A stretch of DNA of 64,000 bases from NCBI GenBank assembly GCA_028711165.1, contig JAQTST010000001.1, forward strand, positions 14,708-78,707, in the 5' to 3' direction. The notes beneath the pieces are model-generated. The model was not told where the DNA came from, made no database searches, and was given only the letters and a program-made list of their open reading frames with translations. The DNA is from Candidatus Nanoarchaeia archaeon (lineage in GTDB: Archaea > Nanobdellota > Nanobdellia > Pacearchaeales > GW2011-AR1). Positions 62,461 through 64,000 of this stretch are shown in pieces. Numbering within the stretch: position 1 is the first letter of the stretch; each line of letters opens with the position of its first letter. The position numbers and the translations under genes are program-made.

Positions 62461-63405
62461 ATGAAAATCTTAGTTACTGGTGGAGCAGGTTTTATTGGGA
62501 ATCATCTGTGCAGATATTTATTAAGGGAAGGAAATGAAGTTGTTTGTCTGGATAATTTTTTTACTGGAAAGAGTGCAAATGTAGCGGACTTAAAAAAGAA
62601 TTTAGAATTTAGAGTTATGCCACATGATATAACTAATCCGCTCGATTTAAAAGAACATTTTGATAGGATTTACAATTTAGCATGTCCAGCTTCTCCTGTT
62701 CATTACCAGTTTGATCCAATTGAAACAATAAAAACCAGCACGATAGGAGTGATTAATATTCTCGATTTTGCAAAATTAAATGGTGCAAGAATTCTGCAAG
62801 CATCGACCTCGGAGATTTATGGAGATCCGTTAGAACACCCCCAAACAGAAACTTACAAAGGAAATGTTAATACTCTAGGACCAAGAGCCTGCTATGATGA
62901 AGGGAAAAGAGTTGCAGAAACCTTATTGATGGATTATCATCGGACATATAAAGTCCCTGTGAGAATTGCAAGAATTTTTAATACCTATGGTCCAAACATG
63001 GATAAAGATGATGGCAGAGTTGTCAGTAATTTTATTGTACAGGCATTAAACAATCAACCAATAACAATTTATGGAACAGGAAAACAAACAAGAAGTTTTT
63101 GCTATGTTTCAGATCTAGTCAGAGGACTTTACAATTTAATGGAATCAAATAATATCGGACCGATTAATCTTGGAAATCCGGGGGAATTCACGATGTTAGA
63201 ACTAGCAGAGAAAATTATAAAATTAACAGATTCAAAAAGCAAAATCGAGTATAAAGAATTGCCACAAGATGACCCCCACCAAAGGAAACCAGATATAACT
63301 CTTGCAAAAAAAATTTTGGGATGGGAACCGAAGATAAAATTAGATGAAGGCTTAACAAAGACAATCAATTATTTTAAGAAATCAATTAAAAATCCTTATT
63401 CTTAA
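62461..63405 (+). CDS. uxs: UDP-glucuronate decarboxylase (UDP-xylose synthase)
   Basis: '[14 protein letters not shown]', 'LDNFFTG', '[10 protein letters not shown]', 'RIFNTYGP'. Confidence 0.9.
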   Translation: MKILVTGGAGFIGNHLCRYLLREGNEVVCLDNFFTGKSANVADLKKNLEFRVMPHDITNPLDLKEHFDRIYNLACPASPVHYQFDPIETIKTSTIGVINILDFAKLNGARILQASTSEIYGDPLEHPQTETYKGNVNTLGPRACYDEGKRVAETLLMDYHRTYKVPVRIARIFNTYGPNMDKDDGRVVSNFIVQALNNQPITIYGTGKQTRSFCYVSDLVRGLYNLMESNNIGPINLGNPGEFTMLELAEKIIKLTDSKSKIEYKELPQDDPHQRKPDITLAKKILGWEPKIKLDEGLTKTINYFKKSIKNPYS

Positions 63406-63420
63406 ATATTTATATGAAAT

Positions 63421-63867
63421 TTATTTTCGAGTTTTAAATTGGCAATAATTCCAAATTAGAGAAAATTTGTCAGCTGTTCCTTTGTCATACATTTCATAGA
63501 TTAAATCAATAAATAAATGAAAAGAAAAACCCAAAAAAAGAAAAAAGAAAAAAGAAAAATAATTACCTAATAAAAAAAGAAGGATATTCCATTCAATTCC
63601 GTGGAATAAATAAAATCCTGTATAAATTTTTTTCTTCTGTGCTCTTGGGAGTTTATTTAACATTTTTTGTTTTTCCATGTACCATTTACGAGCCTTAAAT
63701 GGATTCATACTTCCTTTTTTAAAGAAATAATAAAATACATGATCGATGTCAATAAAGACTGAAGATAGAAAAATAATTATTAATCCGAAGATAGATATCT
63801 GGGGGAAGAAGAAATAAAGAATTGTAACAAATATAAGTCCGAATGAAATGTGGTATTTTGGGAGCAT
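63421..63867 (-). CDS. small membrane protein, possibly a DUF457/YdjM-like membrane-bound metal-dependent hydrolase
   Basis: Four hydrophobic spans with His-containing motifs 'DIDHVFYYF', 'FHGIEW', 'FHLFIDL'. Start set at the ATG just after the SecD/F stop. Confidence 0.35.
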   Translation of the reverse strand: MLPKYHISFGLIFVTILYFFFPQISIFGLIIIFLSSVFIDIDHVFYYFFKKGSMNPFKARKWYMEKQKMLNKLPRAQKKKIYTGFYLFHGIEWNILLFLLGNYFSFFFFLFLGFSFHLFIDLIYEMYDKGTADKFSLIWNYCQFKTRK

Positions 63868-63868
63868 G

Positions 63869-64000
63869 TTAATCTTCTTTCTCAACCATTTTGATTAAAT
63901 CTGCAAAAGCAGGACGAGTAATTAAAACTCCGATAGTTATTCCGATTATTGTCATGATTGCAAATCCTCTTAGTAATCCTGCACCTGCCCATAAAAGAGG
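63869..64000 (-). CDS. SecD/SecF-family protein-export membrane protein, C-terminal fragment (rest off-window)
   Basis: The minus-strand translation 'PLLWAGAGLLRGFAIMTIIGITIGVLITRPAFADLIKMVEKED*' matches the conserved last TM of SecD/F (GFA..T...G......ITRPA). It is too short to appear in the ORF track. Confidence 0.5.
   Translation of the reverse strand, partial: PLLWAGAGLLRGFAIMTIIGITIGVLITRPAFADLIKMVEKED

Noticed and set aside
63521-63560. A periodic A-rich stretch ('aaagaaaaacccaaaaaaagaaaaaagaaaaaagaaaaa') that looks like a microsatellite or a degenerate repeat array.
   Set aside because: It lies inside the minus-strand membrane-protein CDS and simply encodes a Phe/Leu-rich TM segment ('FFFFLFLGFSF'). 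It has no spacer/repeat organisation, so it is not a CRISPR array.
1-64000. Mobile genetic elements, prophage, defence systems and CRISPR arrays.
   Set aside because: I recognised no integrase, transposase, recombinase, terminal inverted repeat, phage structural gene, Cas gene or regularly spaced repeat. The only long repeats are the paralogous gene blocks at 31642..32104 and 32687..33149.
1-64000. Giant-virus or jumbo-phage origin, considered because the DNA is AT-rich and full of glycosylation genes.
   Set aside because: The operons use ATGA coupling and SD-like motifs. A cellular SecD/F gene and a Wzx/GT-C lipid-linked pathway are present, and no capsid or packaging genes are. All of this argues for a cellular prokaryotic chromosome.

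Overview
The window is visibly AT-rich (roughly 30% G+C by eye, not computed) and very gene-dense, with about 60 CDSs. Many start/stop codons overlap by 4 or 8 nt. I saw no rRNA, tRNA, CRISPR array, transposase or integrase. Almost all of the 64 kb is one very large nucleotide-sugar / surface-glycan biosynthesis locus. It runs off the left edge and ends on the right at a housekeeping SecD/F fragment (63869..64000). The locus is split into about 18 short operons that alternate in strand.

Modules I can recognise:
- A glycero-manno-heptose module: GmhA, two GHMP kinases (one fused to a HAD domain), and two kinds of nucleotidyltransferase.
- A WbpB/WbpD/WbpE-like 2,3-diacetamido-sugar module.
- A CDP-3,6-dideoxyhexose module (RfbF, RfbG, RfbH) with a YerE-like ThDP enzyme.
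- Two TylCIII-type C-methyltransferases.
- A minimal split transketolase.
- A NeuB-SAF-cupin fusion.
- A UDP-Glc dehydrogenase-like gene followed by UDP-xylose synthase.
- Assembly and export genes: six GT2s, GT4s, a Wzx-type flippase, a polyprenyl-phosphate GT2 and two GT-C membrane glycosyltransferases.

The outstanding feature is 16 radical SAM genes interleaved with these sugar genes. Four complete ones, plus one fragment, are B12-binding class B. The rest are SPASM/twitch-like. Several are translationally coupled to GT2 genes, or carry domains otherwise seen in NDP-hexose C-methyltransferases.

Promoter architecture points to an archaeon with a small genome (DPANN-like): a TTTAAA/TATA-like box sits 21-32 nt upstream of the start codon of operon-leading genes, and SD-like GGAGG/GGTG motifs appear only at internal genes. 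The archaeal-looking SecD/F tail agrees. A CPR bacterium cannot be excluded from this window alone.

All functional calls come from reading motifs in the supplied translations. No database search was run.
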